Source: a virus | Length of the DNA stretch: 64,000 bases | IMG/VR virus record: IMGVR_UViG_3300037454_000319 | Reading direction: 5' to 3' (one strand) | Shown: piece by piece, positions 44,772 to 53,760 of the stretch | Position numbering within the stretch: the stretch's first letter is position 1 | Layout: each line of letters opens with the position of its first letter | Made by a program: the position numbers and the translations under genes | Notes under the pieces: model-generated | The model's database searches: none | Told to the model about the DNA's origin: nothing | Seen by the model: the letters and a program-made list of their open reading frames with translations, nothing else

Positions 44772-45259
44772 TCTAATTCTCCTTCTCCTAAGTAATACTG
44801 CATACCGCAGAACTTACAAGTTAATGTCTGAAAATCTATTGTGCCGCCACAGCATGAGCACTGTAATGGTTTAAGTTCCTTGTATTCAATACGAGGTTTT
44901 CTGCCGCCCTGTACTCTTTTAATGAAATCTTCAATAAGTTCTATTAAAAAAGTTTCTTCAAACTGCTGTCTGGAAGGCTCTATGGCTATATAATAACCAA
45001 TTATTTTATCATCGCAGTCTATACAAAATTCACTTCTACCATAATAACGGTCAAAATAATAATGAACAAGAACCTCTCTTTTAATTCTCGTTTCTATTGC
45101 TTTTTTAAGCATATTCTGTATTCGTTCTATTGCATCACACCAATCATCATATGGCTTATTAAAATAGTAATAGTCATACTTAGGTACTTTAATTTGAATT
45201 ATTTCATGTCCGTCCTTATGATAAGATGTACTTTCCCACATACGGAAATCTCCCTTCAT
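44768..45259 (-). CDS. hypothetical protein with zinc ribbons
   Basis: ORF. Confidence 0.45.
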   Translation of the reverse strand: MKGDFRMWESTSYHKDGHEIIQIKVPKYDYYYFNKPYDDWCDAIERIQNMLKKAIETRIKREVLVHYYFDRYYGRSEFCIDCDDKIIGYYIAIEPSRQQFEETFLIELIEDFIKRVQGGRKPRIEYKELKPLQCSCCGGTIDFQTLTCKFCGMQYYLGEGELE

Positions 45260-45263
45260 TTAA

Positions 45264-45305
45264 TTTTCTAATAAAATTATACTATAAAATAAAAAAAAAG
45301 TCAAG
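45264..45305 (-). promoter_or_regulatory. conserved promoter copy 25
   Basis: -10 45276-45281, -35 45299-45304. Confidence 0.7.
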
Positions 45306-45322
45306 GATTTTTAATCCTCGAC
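45300..45322 (-). terminator. terminator gtcaaggatt-ttt-aatcctcgac fused to promoter 25
   Basis: stem + T9. Confidence 0.6.
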
Positions 45323-45634
45323 TTTTTCCTCAACTTCCTCTTCGGGCTGAACAAGGTCCATATACATCTCGTCATCAACGATATTCGCCATACGAATAAC
45401 TGCGTCATCAGTAACGTCAATTCTTATTGGCTTACCTACGAGATTCTCCCAGTAGCCTGCTTCTGTCATTGCTAAAATCATTGCAATAGCCTGTACATTA
45501 TCTATCGGAACTGGACCTATCTGATACTGTTTATCCTTTGTTCCAACCAATATGCTTACCCCAACATATGAGTTTTTCTCTTCTGCGTCGGTTACCTTAC
45601 CAAGGTATGTACCTACAATCTTTGCATTAATCAT
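45311..45634 (-). CDS. hypothetical protein
   Basis: ORF. Confidence 0.45.
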   Translation of the reverse strand: MINAKIVGTYLGKVTDAEEKNSYVGVSILVGTKDKQYQIGPVPIDNVQAIAMILAMTEAGYWENLVGKPIRIDVTDDAVIRMANIVDDEMYMDLVQPEEEVEEKVED

Positions 45635-45716
45635 AAAACAATTCCTCCTTCATAATTTGATTTAGTCTTATATCTTCAGTTATATTACAAACTGCTCCGA
45701 GATATAGCTCGTCCTT

Positions 45717-46430
45717 TCATGTGTTTGGCTTATCAAGTGCTATTAATAATACATCATTAAATAAAATGCGTGTATCTGCCGCCATCATATCTTTATGATA
45801 ATGACCGCAAAAATGCTTTTGATAAATAGCCTTATCCAAAATTCTGTCGAGCCTTTTATCAGAAATTGTCGGTTCAAAGCCAAGATAATTACAAACCTTT
45901 GAACCTCCAGTATGACTGAACACAAAATCTACTGTGCCGCCAGCCCTCTCCAAATTGATTTCGGCGACGGCAATGTTCTCTTCGGTAATCTGCTCCTGCT
46001 CCCACCAAGACTCGTGGGGCCAACGATAACGCTTACCATTAACGAAGATGTCATGTGACTCTGCTCCATTAACAACAAGGCACTTCTGACCGCAAAGGTC
46101 ATATACCTTGCCACTTATTGCATAGAAAATAGAGTCAGCAACTTGATAACACATCTCGCCACCGAAAGTTGTTGTTGGAAGGTTCTCAATTCTATCATAG
46201 TTTTCGTGATTACCAAGTACACAAAAAGTAGTCCAAGGCTTAGAATTAAGCCAATCTATCCACCACTGTTCTCTTGGTGTACTCTTATCCTTAGACCAGA
46301 TAAGACCTGCGTCACCCATTATAACGAGTATATCATCTTTAGTTAAACCATCACATTTAAAATGTGCAGTATTAAGTTTATCAATATTAATGCTCTGGTG
46401 TATATCACCAGTTACGAATAATCTTCTCAT
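45717..46430 (-). CDS. calcineurin-like metallophosphoesterase
   Basis: GDIHQ...GDAG...GNHE motifs. Confidence 0.6.
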   Translation of the reverse strand: MRRLFVTGDIHQSINIDKLNTAHFKCDGLTKDDILVIMGDAGLIWSKDKSTPREQWWIDWLNSKPWTTFCVLGNHENYDRIENLPTTTFGGEMCYQVADSIFYAISGKVYDLCGQKCLVVNGAESHDIFVNGKRYRWPHESWWEQEQITEENIAVAEINLERAGGTVDFVFSHTGGSKVCNYLGFEPTISDKRLDRILDKAIYQKHFCGHYHKDMMAADTRILFNDVLLIALDKPNT

Positions 46431-46514
46431 TTCTTATCTCCCTTTCCAAAAATCGCATCTAAAAACTCTGCTGTAAAAAATGCGATAAATATAAATAGTA
46501 TAATGTAGCCCATA
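46428..46514 (-). CDS. small hydrophobic peptide (28 aa MGYIILFIFIAFFTAEF...)
   Basis: unlisted; RBS GGAGAA; ATGA overlap with downstream start. Confidence 0.25.
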
Positions 46515-46530
46515 AAATTCTCCTTTCGAT

Positions 46531-46573
46531 TTTTACTATAATAATTATAGCACATCGAGAGGAGAAAGTCAAA
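46531..46573 (-). promoter_or_regulatory. promoter variant copy 26 (spacer 18)
   Basis: -10 46543-46548, -35 46567-46572. Confidence 0.5.
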
Positions 46574-46580
46574 TATTTAA

Positions 46581-47621
46581 TTATCCTTTTCTAATGTTAT
46601 ATCCATATTGGTCAGAGTGATAGAACTCAATCCAGTATTTTTCTTTTTCAGTCTGCTCTTCTTTTGGACAAACTTCAACTATTTCCCAAGTAAAGTTTTC
46701 TAATCCTTCATCAAACATAGCGTCATATATTTGACCGCTTATACGCTCGATATTACAACCGCGCTTCGCATGGGTGCGCCAACGGTCAATGAACTTGGTA
46801 GTCTTACCAATATAAACCTTTTCGTTATTTATGTTGGTAATCTTATAAATGCCGCCCTTCTCTTTATTTTCTCCAAGAACTTGTTTGAAAAGATTTTCGA
46901 TTGCTGTTTTATAGTAAGTCTCATATAAAAGTTTGTAGAATATCTCAGGGCGGGAAAACCCAGGCGCCATCGACTTCAGCTTCTTAATATCGCTCTCAGA
47001 AAGAGAGTCAATAGTTATGTGATAGAAGTCACGTTGTTTTCTAAGTTCTTCATCTTTCTTAAACTGCTCAACGATTGCTGCTTGTTTTTGTTCAAAGGCT
47101 TTAATTTCTTCAGTCAACGCCGCCTTTTTCATATTTATCTCGTCGCTGAAGTTCAAAAAATTTACACGGAGTTCCTCCTGTTTCTTTTCATAATCAGCAT
47201 TGAGACAAGCAAGTTTAGCTTCTCTTGATTTTGTTGCTTTAGAAATTATCTCGGCGTTTTCTTTCTGACGTTCAAGTTCAAGTTGTTCGTCCATTTCTTG
47301 ATAGCGCTGACGAGTTTTTTGATAATCTTCCTCAAGTTGCTGTGCCGCCTCTTGATAAGACTTTTCCTTATAATCATATTCTTTCTCTACTTCATGTAAA
47401 GCTTCTTTCTTTTTCTGAATAACTGCTTCAATTTCATCGGACATTTCCTTTTCTGTCGCAGTTTTCTTTTCAACCAGCTCTTGCTTAACTTTCTGCTGTT
47501 CTGCGGTAAAGTTAATAGACTTACTCCACTTCCTTGCAGCCAAGTAATCGTAGCCAGCGTGGAGTAAAACGCCGACTACTAAACAGGCTATACCAATTAA
47601 AATAATCATTATCGCTTGCAT
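46581..47621 (-). CDS. N-terminal TM helix + long coiled coil + C-terminal GIY-YIG nuclease domain
   Basis: C-term GGIYKITNINNEKVYIGKT...YWIEFY paralogous to 3947..4576 N-domain. Confidence 0.6.
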   Translation of the reverse strand: MQAIMIILIGIACLVVGVLLHAGYDYLAARKWSKSINFTAEQQKVKQELVEKKTATEKEMSDEIEAVIQKKKEALHEVEKEYDYKEKSYQEAAQQLEEDYQKTRQRYQEMDEQLELERQKENAEIISKATKSREAKLACLNADYEKKQEELRVNFLNFSDEINMKKAALTEEIKAFEQKQAAIVEQFKKDEELRKQRDFYHITIDSLSESDIKKLKSMAPGFSRPEIFYKLLYETYYKTAIENLFKQVLGENKEKGGIYKITNINNEKVYIGKTTKFIDRWRTHAKRGCNIERISGQIYDAMFDEGLENFTWEIVEVCPKEEQTEKEKYWIEFYHSDQYGYNIRKG

Positions 47622-47624
47622 ATC

Positions 47625-47822
47625 TTACTCCTCTTTATGATTTTCTTTATAAAACTCAACAAACTTCTCGTACCATTTTTGAGCACAAGCCGCACACATC
47701 ATTTTTTCTAATTCATTATTTAAAACAATTCCATTAATTTGAGTTGGAACAAACAATCTACGAAGCTCATGTTTATCAAGGTCTATTTCTTTTTCGCATA
47801 TATCACAAAAGTATTTAATCAT
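47625..47822 (-). CDS. zinc-finger protein
   Basis: CDIC...CAAC. Confidence 0.4.
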   Translation of the reverse strand: MIKYFCDICEKEIDLDKHELRRLFVPTQINGIVLNNELEKMMCAACAQKWYEKFVEFYKENHKEE

Positions 47823-48610
47823 TTCTCATACCCCGTCATTTCGGCGCCACAACATGGGCAGAAAGCAAAGTTACCATCTACACCACTACCGCACGCACTA
47901 CAATACCACAAGAATGTATCGCGACCCTGCCACACAGCCTTTGGACGCCATACAAATTCCTTAAGTGGCTTATGTCTGCCACAGCCTTTAAATTCTGGAC
48001 AAGCCTTAATTACTCCTGCTTCACACTTTGGTACAAGAACTTCACTGAGAATTGTTTTTTCTTCAATCGAAATATTCTCTGCCCACATTACTTGTTCTTT
48101 CATTAGAGAAGCAACTTCACGAATTTCTTTCTGTGCTCTTGTACACATACGCTCGTTACAGAAGTGCATTAATGCTCTTAAATTAAATGTAACATAGACA
48201 ATTGTTGGAGTTGCATTTGGAAGAACTTCGCGAGCATCTTCGGGTTTTACCCCTTTCTTAATCATTAGTTTATACTCAGTAAGAGCATTATCACAATAAT
48301 ATTCAAGTTCTTCCTTAATGTCTTCTGGTGTTCCATCTAATGCCCATTCTAAGTCATCATATGTAACATAGCGCTGAGACTGCTGTGAATATGAAGCAAT
48401 TCTATGTCTTACAAGCTGATGACTACAAGCTCTTGAAATTCCCTCTACTTTAAATGTAAAACTACAATGTTCAAGAACTGATTGATGACCTGAACGAATA
48501 CAACCTTTAACTATCTTTAAGTCAGGTTCGCTATCATAACAAACCGCTGCCGCCTCAGCACAAACATAAAGCGGATTAGGTGTATAGCCGACTAAAGTAA
48601 CTTTAATCAT
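47819..48610 (-). CDS. thyX: flavin-dependent thymidylate synthase ThyX with C-terminal zinc-ribbon extension
   Basis: ThyX signature LVRHRIASYSQQSQRY (RHRxxxxxxxS); C-term WYCSACG...CPCCG. Confidence 0.75.
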   Translation of the reverse strand: MIKVTLVGYTPNPLYVCAEAAAVCYDSEPDLKIVKGCIRSGHQSVLEHCSFTFKVEGISRACSHQLVRHRIASYSQQSQRYVTYDDLEWALDGTPEDIKEELEYYCDNALTEYKLMIKKGVKPEDAREVLPNATPTIVYVTFNLRALMHFCNERMCTRAQKEIREVASLMKEQVMWAENISIEEKTILSEVLVPKCEAGVIKACPEFKGCGRHKPLKEFVWRPKAVWQGRDTFLWYCSACGSGVDGNFAFCPCCGAEMTGYEK

Positions 48611-49173
48611 TTTAATTCCTCCTTTTCTACATTTTCCATTCTTTCATAAGTAAGCATACCATCAATTAAATATGGGATTGATTTATATTCAACAGGAGAA
48701 TAACCCCAATGTTTAATTGATAAATTCAAAACATTCTTATCAAAACGTTTCTTACTCTTAATAAGGTGTTGTGCCGCCACGTAATAATCTGCCTTGATAT
48801 TAAAATCCTTAGACGACATTGCAAGAACGATTGAACTCGGTTTCCCATCGACAGTACCTTGCATCCACCCGCCGGTCGAAGCAACACGATTTATGCCGAT
48901 TTTTAGCCACTCGTTTTCGGAAAATTTTTTTGAATAGAAAAATTGTCCATAGTCTATGAGGTGCTTAGTGCCTGTGAGCTGCGTTATGACGTTTTTTGTT
49001 TCAGTTAATAAACCTGATGTAACATTTCCGATTAGAAGAACTGTATCTTCTGGTTGAACAATGCTGTTCCAGTTTTTAATAATCATTTGATTATACGCAG
49101 GAACTTTATCTTTTCCGCCAGCCTCTATGGAACTAAACAGGTTTAAATCTGCACATATATATAGATTTCCCAT
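48607..49173 (-). CDS. hypothetical protein
   Basis: ORF. Confidence 0.45.
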   Translation of the reverse strand: MGNLYICADLNLFSSIEAGGKDKVPAYNQMIIKNWNSIVQPEDTVLLIGNVTSGLLTETKNVITQLTGTKHLIDYGQFFYSKKFSENEWLKIGINRVASTGGWMQGTVDGKPSSIVLAMSSKDFNIKADYYVAAQHLIKSKKRFDKNVLNLSIKHWGYSPVEYKSIPYLIDGMLTYERMENVEKEELK

Positions 49174-49188
49174 TACATTCCTCCCTTT

Positions 49189-49230
49189 TATTTTCTATTA
49201 TTAGTATATCATAGATTGTTAAAAAAGTCA
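49189..49230 (-). promoter_or_regulatory. conserved promoter copy 27 (-10 TATACT)
   Basis: -35 49224-49229. Confidence 0.6.
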
Positions 49231-49238
49231 AATAAAAA

Positions 49239-49263
49239 AGAGTAGCCTTATTAGACTACTCTC
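49239..49263 (-). terminator. terminator agagtag-ccttattaga-ctactct + T-run
   Basis: 7-bp stem. Confidence 0.55.
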
Positions 49264-49372
49264 CTGTTTGCGTGTTCCCATTCGATATTTTCTGTTTTTG
49301 TCTTTGAGCAATTTTCTTGCTTACGCAATTGAAGTGCCAATTTCAATCACATATCTTTTCTACTGGGTCTTA

Positions 49373-50311
49373 TTATTGATAATAGAAGTGGTTCTGGTAC
49401 CCATCGCCCCACCAGCTATTATCTGAATTGAACTCATTAGTATGAGCAAAGTAATAGTCTACTGCGTCATAGCACGCCTGTGAAGGAGTGCAACAACCTG
49501 GCCAATAACCTGTAAATTGATTTGGCGCTACCAATACAGAATAAACTGTATTTGGGAAACGTGGGTCATTAACGCGGTTCATTACACCAGCAACGACTTT
49601 TGCTTTGTTATACTGACTTATCCAGTTTGAGCCTGCCTCATGCCAAGTAATCTCAGCGAGAAGCTGTCTACTGTAATCATCAATTCCTGCCGCAACAGGA
49701 GTAGGCTCTACATAAGGTGTTATAATTTCTATCTCTGGATTACATTCTGTACATTTTCGACATTCAATTCCTTCTGTTGTTTCAATTTCAATTAACTGTT
49801 CATTCGCCCCAAGGTCTGCATTACACCAATGGCAAGACGCTTTATGAATGTAATGTGTGTTTGGTTTGAAATAGATTTTTTCTTTTGTTACTGCTGAAAC
49901 CTTCGGGTGAGCATTAATATAATGGCTCTTAACACACAAAGGCTCCTCATCAGTAGTCGTAGATATATAGCAGTAGTATGAGAGGATTGCGGAAGCATCA
50001 ACTGAGTCGATACTCCCATCCTCATTTACATCTGCTGCTTTTTTCTGCGCATCTGTTAATATGTTTTTGTCTGTTGAAGAAGCTGCATATGCGCTTAATA
50101 CATATGAAGCATCAATTGCATTTACATATCCATCTCCATTTACATCACCGAGGCTTAGTTCTTTTTCAACAGTTGTTTCCTCAACTATTTCGGTAATAGT
50201 TGTTTCTGAAATAAGATTTTCAGACCCCGCTGTTGTTAACGGTTTAGTTGCCAGCATAAGCGCGATAAATGCTATCACGCATAGGGCTACACATATAATT
50301 TTCTTTTTCAT
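49373..50311 (-). CDS. secreted dockerin-containing SleB/CwlJ-like cell-wall hydrolase
   Basis: signal peptide MKKKIICVALCVIAFIALMLA; two dockerin repeats DVNGDGYVNAIDASYVL / DVNEDGSIDSVDASAILSYY; C-term AEITWHEAGSNW...VVAGVMNRVNDPRFPNTVYSVLVAPNQF (Hydrolase_2-like). Confidence 0.65.
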   Translation of the reverse strand: MKKKIICVALCVIAFIALMLATKPLTTAGSENLISETTITEIVEETTVEKELSLGDVNGDGYVNAIDASYVLSAYAASSTDKNILTDAQKKAADVNEDGSIDSVDASAILSYYCYISTTTDEEPLCVKSHYINAHPKVSAVTKEKIYFKPNTHYIHKASCHWCNADLGANEQLIEIETTEGIECRKCTECNPEIEIITPYVEPTPVAAGIDDYSRQLLAEITWHEAGSNWISQYNKAKVVAGVMNRVNDPRFPNTVYSVLVAPNQFTGYWPGCCTPSQACYDAVDYYFAHTNEFNSDNSWWGDGYQNHFYYQ

Positions 50312-50416
50312 TATAAATTCCTCCTTTTCGGTCCTTTCGGACTTCGAGGGGAACACGCAATTTCGTCTCGCGACGATATATTTAAGTAGATATTTAATGG
50401 GTTTTATCTACAAAAA

Positions 50417-50929
50417 TCATTCAACTTCAAAGTCTTCAATGATTAAATCATTGAATCCCCAGAATAGAATTAAACATTCATCATCAATGATATGAGCACA
50501 ATATCCTTTTATTCCAAAAAGTTCTTCGTGAAAAATGGCAACTTGAAGGTACTCATTTTCATTTTCAGTTGGTGGATATAACCCACTAATTTCATCTACT
50601 ATTTGCTGATAGTCGTCAGGGTTATCCAATGTGTTGTAAGTCGTCAGCCAATTTAAGGCTGTCGTAAATATATCAAAAGGTTGGTCAAAAAATAGTTCTG
50701 TACCGGGCTCCAATAGCGGGGCTAAACCACTGATACTAAATTTAGTTTTATCAGTAATATGCCCCTGCTCAAAGAGCCACTTCCTAACCATACCCATTAA
50801 AACTATTTTATGTTGTTTTGTTAATGGAATTAACGGAGAAGTAGCTCCCACTAAAGCTTCATGGAAACCTATTTGTATACCAATCTTCATATTTTCATCT
50901 GAATAAATAACCTTAGCTTTCAAAGTCAA
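50417..50929 (-). CDS. hypothetical protein
   Basis: ORF. Confidence 0.45.
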   Translation of the reverse strand: MTLKAKVIYSDENMKIGIQIGFHEALVGATSPLIPLTKQHKIVLMGMVRKWLFEQGHITDKTKFSISGLAPLLEPGTELFFDQPFDIFTTALNWLTTYNTLDNPDDYQQIVDEISGLYPPTENENEYLQVAIFHEELFGIKGYCAHIIDDECLILFWGFNDLIIEDFEVE

Positions 50930-52040
50930 TCATCCCTATCGCAGACTTATCGAATAATTTTCCAGCTTCAGCACTACGTGGAACTGGGTGACCATTCTTA
51001 CGTCTAATTTTAGAAACTCTGCTACACCAATACAAAGCATTTTCTGCTCTTGTCGCGGCAACGTATGCAATCTTACGCTCCTCCTCACTATAAAGAAGAG
51101 CACCTGTTACAATAACATTTTTATTCTCAAGTCCTTTTGCAGAATGAATTGTAAGAACTTTAACTCTGTTGTCTTTCATTAAAAGCTGAAGCTCTTCTTC
51201 ATCAAGGTCTCCCTTTTTAAATGTTACGTTTGGAATTTCTTCGTCGTCAAGAAGGTCTTGTACAGCCGCGAGGTCTTCATTTGTTCGAGTTAAAATGAAC
51301 CATGAACCCCATTTCTGAGAGTCCTTTAAATCTTCAAGAGCATCTCTAAATGGGAACAAGTCGCCAGGTCTTCCTTCAACTATTCCATTCTTTGTTTTTA
51401 CGGCACTTGAAGAAGGACTTAATTTAATAGAAGTAGATATAAGCCCCTCGGCAAATGCTACAATATTTGGTGCATTACGATAATTTTCCGTTAAATAATA
51501 CTTGGTGAAATTAATATCTTCATACATACTAACAAGGTATTCATCTGAACAACCTCGGAAACCGTAAATTGCTTGTCGGTTGTCTCCTACGAAGAAGATA
51601 TTTTCAGTCGGAATTTTGGTTAAAAACTTATACTCCAACGAACTCAAATCCTGACACTCATCAATTAAAAGATGTTTTATCTTTGGATATTTTGATGAAG
51701 GGATTTTTGAAGCTTTTAAAAGTATATTATCAAAATTATGATTTAATAAATCATCATCAGTATCTACACCATTTAAAATACAAATTTTATTTGCATAGGA
51801 ATGAATAGTTCCAATGAAACTGGATTGTGCCACGTCGCCTATACGACGGCGCATTTCCTCTGCCGCCATATTTGTAAATGTAATAGCAACAATATCTTCT
51901 GGCTTATTTCCTTTTTCTTCTATTAGAACTCTAATTCTTTCAGTAAGTACACGAGTCTTTCCACAAGCGGCACAAGCTAAACAAAGAATTTTAGGTTCTT
52001 CAGCATAGATAACTTTAGTTTGTCTTATGTTAAAATTCAT
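50913..52040 (-). CDS. UvrD/PcrA-like SF1 DNA helicase (compact)
   Basis: Walker A ACAACGKT, Ia ITFTNMAAEEMRRR, II LIDECQD, III VGDNRQAIYGFRG, IV ENYRNAPNI, V IHSAKGLE, VI YVAATRAENAL. Confidence 0.7.
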   Translation of the reverse strand: MNFNIRQTKVIYAEEPKILCLACAACGKTRVLTERIRVLIEEKGNKPEDIVAITFTNMAAEEMRRRIGDVAQSSFIGTIHSYANKICILNGVDTDDDLLNHNFDNILLKASKIPSSKYPKIKHLLIDECQDLSSLEYKFLTKIPTENIFFVGDNRQAIYGFRGCSDEYLVSMYEDINFTKYYLTENYRNAPNIVAFAEGLISTSIKLSPSSSAVKTKNGIVEGRPGDLFPFRDALEDLKDSQKWGSWFILTRTNEDLAAVQDLLDDEEIPNVTFKKGDLDEEELQLLMKDNRVKVLTIHSAKGLENKNVIVTGALLYSEEERKIAYVAATRAENALYWCSRVSKIRRKNGHPVPRSAEAGKLFDKSAIGMIDFES

Positions 52041-52057
52041 TCGCTTTCCTCCATAAC

Positions 52058-52100
52058 TTTTATTATCATAATTATATCATAGAAAAAAAGAAAAGTCAAT
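52058..52100 (-). promoter_or_regulatory. promoter copy 28 (spacer ~15, weaker)
   Basis: -10 52073-52078, -35 52094-52099. Confidence 0.45.
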
Positions 52101-52113
52101 CTTTTGGATTGAC
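52095..52113 (-). terminator. terminator gtcaatc-ttttg-gattgac fused to promoter 28
   Basis: 7-bp stem + T-run. Confidence 0.55.
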
Positions 52114-52124
52114 CTTTCTATTTA

Positions 52125-52646
52125 TTATCTCATTTCATCTCTTGTCTGCTGAATTAAAAGAATAAGTTGATTTAAACTTGCCGCAGGTCCATGAAAGGTT
52201 TCGTCATATCTTTCGAGTAACTGTTCTTGAGTTGGTTCGTCAGGATTAAACCAAGGACGTGTAGGGTCTGTATACCCCTCTGTTATGAAGTAAACATAGC
52301 GACTGTTTTCATCAGTAAACATAGAAGGAAGTTCCTGCCATTGCTGATATGTAACGTCGAAGTGGAAACCCTGTGGGTCCCATTGGTACTGTACTTCTTC
52401 AGCTCCTCTATCCTTTAAAATCTCATACTCCTGAGCAATTTGTTCTTTCTTTGCGTTAGTAAGTGCAACCATAAAGTTGTACATTGTGCCGCCCGGCACA
52501 TTAGGAAGTTTAGTATCGAATACGAATCCGATACTAACTTCTTTTTGAGCTTCTGAATCAAGTTCTATTTGAGGCGGCTCAGAGTCTTTTTCAATGGTGT
52601 CGTAACTAAAATCGACATCATTTTCCATTAATTCATCTCTGTTCAT
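52125..52646 (-). CDS. hypothetical acidic protein
   Basis: ORF. Confidence 0.5.
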   Translation of the reverse strand: MNRDELMENDVDFSYDTIEKDSEPPQIELDSEAQKEVSIGFVFDTKLPNVPGGTMYNFMVALTNAKKEQIAQEYEILKDRGAEEVQYQWDPQGFHFDVTYQQWQELPSMFTDENSRYVYFITEGYTDPTRPWFNPDEPTQEQLLERYDETFHGPAASLNQLILLIQQTRDEMR

Positions 52647-53758
52647 TTAAGCCCTCCGTATAATTCTTTAAGGTAATCTTCTGTCACCTTTCCATGAATA
52701 TAGAAATCCTTTCCAAGAGTATCAGGAAGAATTGTAGGCCAATCCCACCAAAATACGCCAGCGAAGTATGGGTCGTTTAAAAATACTTCCATACATGACT
52801 CATAGAAGTGCTTCTGTTCCCACTCATCATATGCAAGGTCTGCTGTGAAGTCCCAAGGATGACGAGAAGCACCCATTACTGAACGACAGCCAATCTCCAT
52901 AAAGATAAACTGTTTATTACGCTGTGCCGCGATAGAGTCGAGACGATAACGAACTTCCCACCAACCTTTAACCATTTCTTCATATGAAGTAACATGAGCA
53001 TTTTCACAGATTGGGTAGTATGCAGAAGTTGCAATATAATCAAGAGTATCGAACCAGCCTTGGTCATCTTCGTGTCCATGATTTGTATTATAAATGATAA
53101 TACCTCTATAAACACGACGAACCTCACTAATTAAGTAAAGCCAATCATCTTTTCGATTTTCTGAACCAAGCATTTCACAGCCAATACAAAGCATTTCAAT
53201 TCCACAATGCTGAGCAAGTTCTGCATAGTGAAGAAGGAAGTTCTTATAGCTCTCAAACCAAGGGCCCCAGTAAGAATTTTTGTCGTCCATATCGAGTTCA
53301 GGGAATGAGATATATGCTCTCCAAACATTATCTTCGCAATGAACCATAGGCTTTAAGCAGACTTTTACTCCCCTATCATGTGCCGCCTTAGCAAATGTTT
53401 CTATGTCATGGTCTGACGGTGTACGAAGATGGTCTGCATATATACGTGTTGAATGATATGTTTCTTGATAATTTACTACTGTTAAACAAGTCCAGTTAAT
53501 GTTTAAGTCATACATTGCAGCCTGTGACTGCTGCCCTTTTATAGAAGTTATTTCTCCACGATTGGCAAAGTATCCATATGACATACCAAGAAATTTCTCG
53601 GATTTATCGACTGGCGGCACAGTAGCCTTTGCGGTTTCAAAAGGTTCCCATATTAATTGACCATCTGAATAGCCAACTTCACGATGTTTATGATTATTAA
53701 ATTCAATGTCTCCGCCATCTGAGCCAAATGTAGCATTATGTTTGAAATCATACTCCAT
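52643..53758 (-). CDS. TIM-barrel glycoside-hydrolase-like protein
   Basis: Trp/aromatic-rich, NTNHGHEDD and MEIGCRS motifs typical of (beta/alpha)8 glycosidases; family unassigned. Confidence 0.4.
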   Translation of the reverse strand: MEYDFKHNATFGSDGGDIEFNNHKHREVGYSDGQLIWEPFETAKATVPPVDKSEKFLGMSYGYFANRGEITSIKGQQSQAAMYDLNINWTCLTVVNYQETYHSTRIYADHLRTPSDHDIETFAKAAHDRGVKVCLKPMVHCEDNVWRAYISFPELDMDDKNSYWGPWFESYKNFLLHYAELAQHCGIEMLCIGCEMLGSENRKDDWLYLISEVRRVYRGIIIYNTNHGHEDDQGWFDTLDYIATSAYYPICENAHVTSYEEMVKGWWEVRYRLDSIAAQRNKQFIFMEIGCRSVMGASRHPWDFTADLAYDEWEQKHFYESCMEVFLNDPYFAGVFWWDWPTILPDTLGKDFYIHGKVTEDYLKELYGGLK

Positions 53759-53760
53759 TA

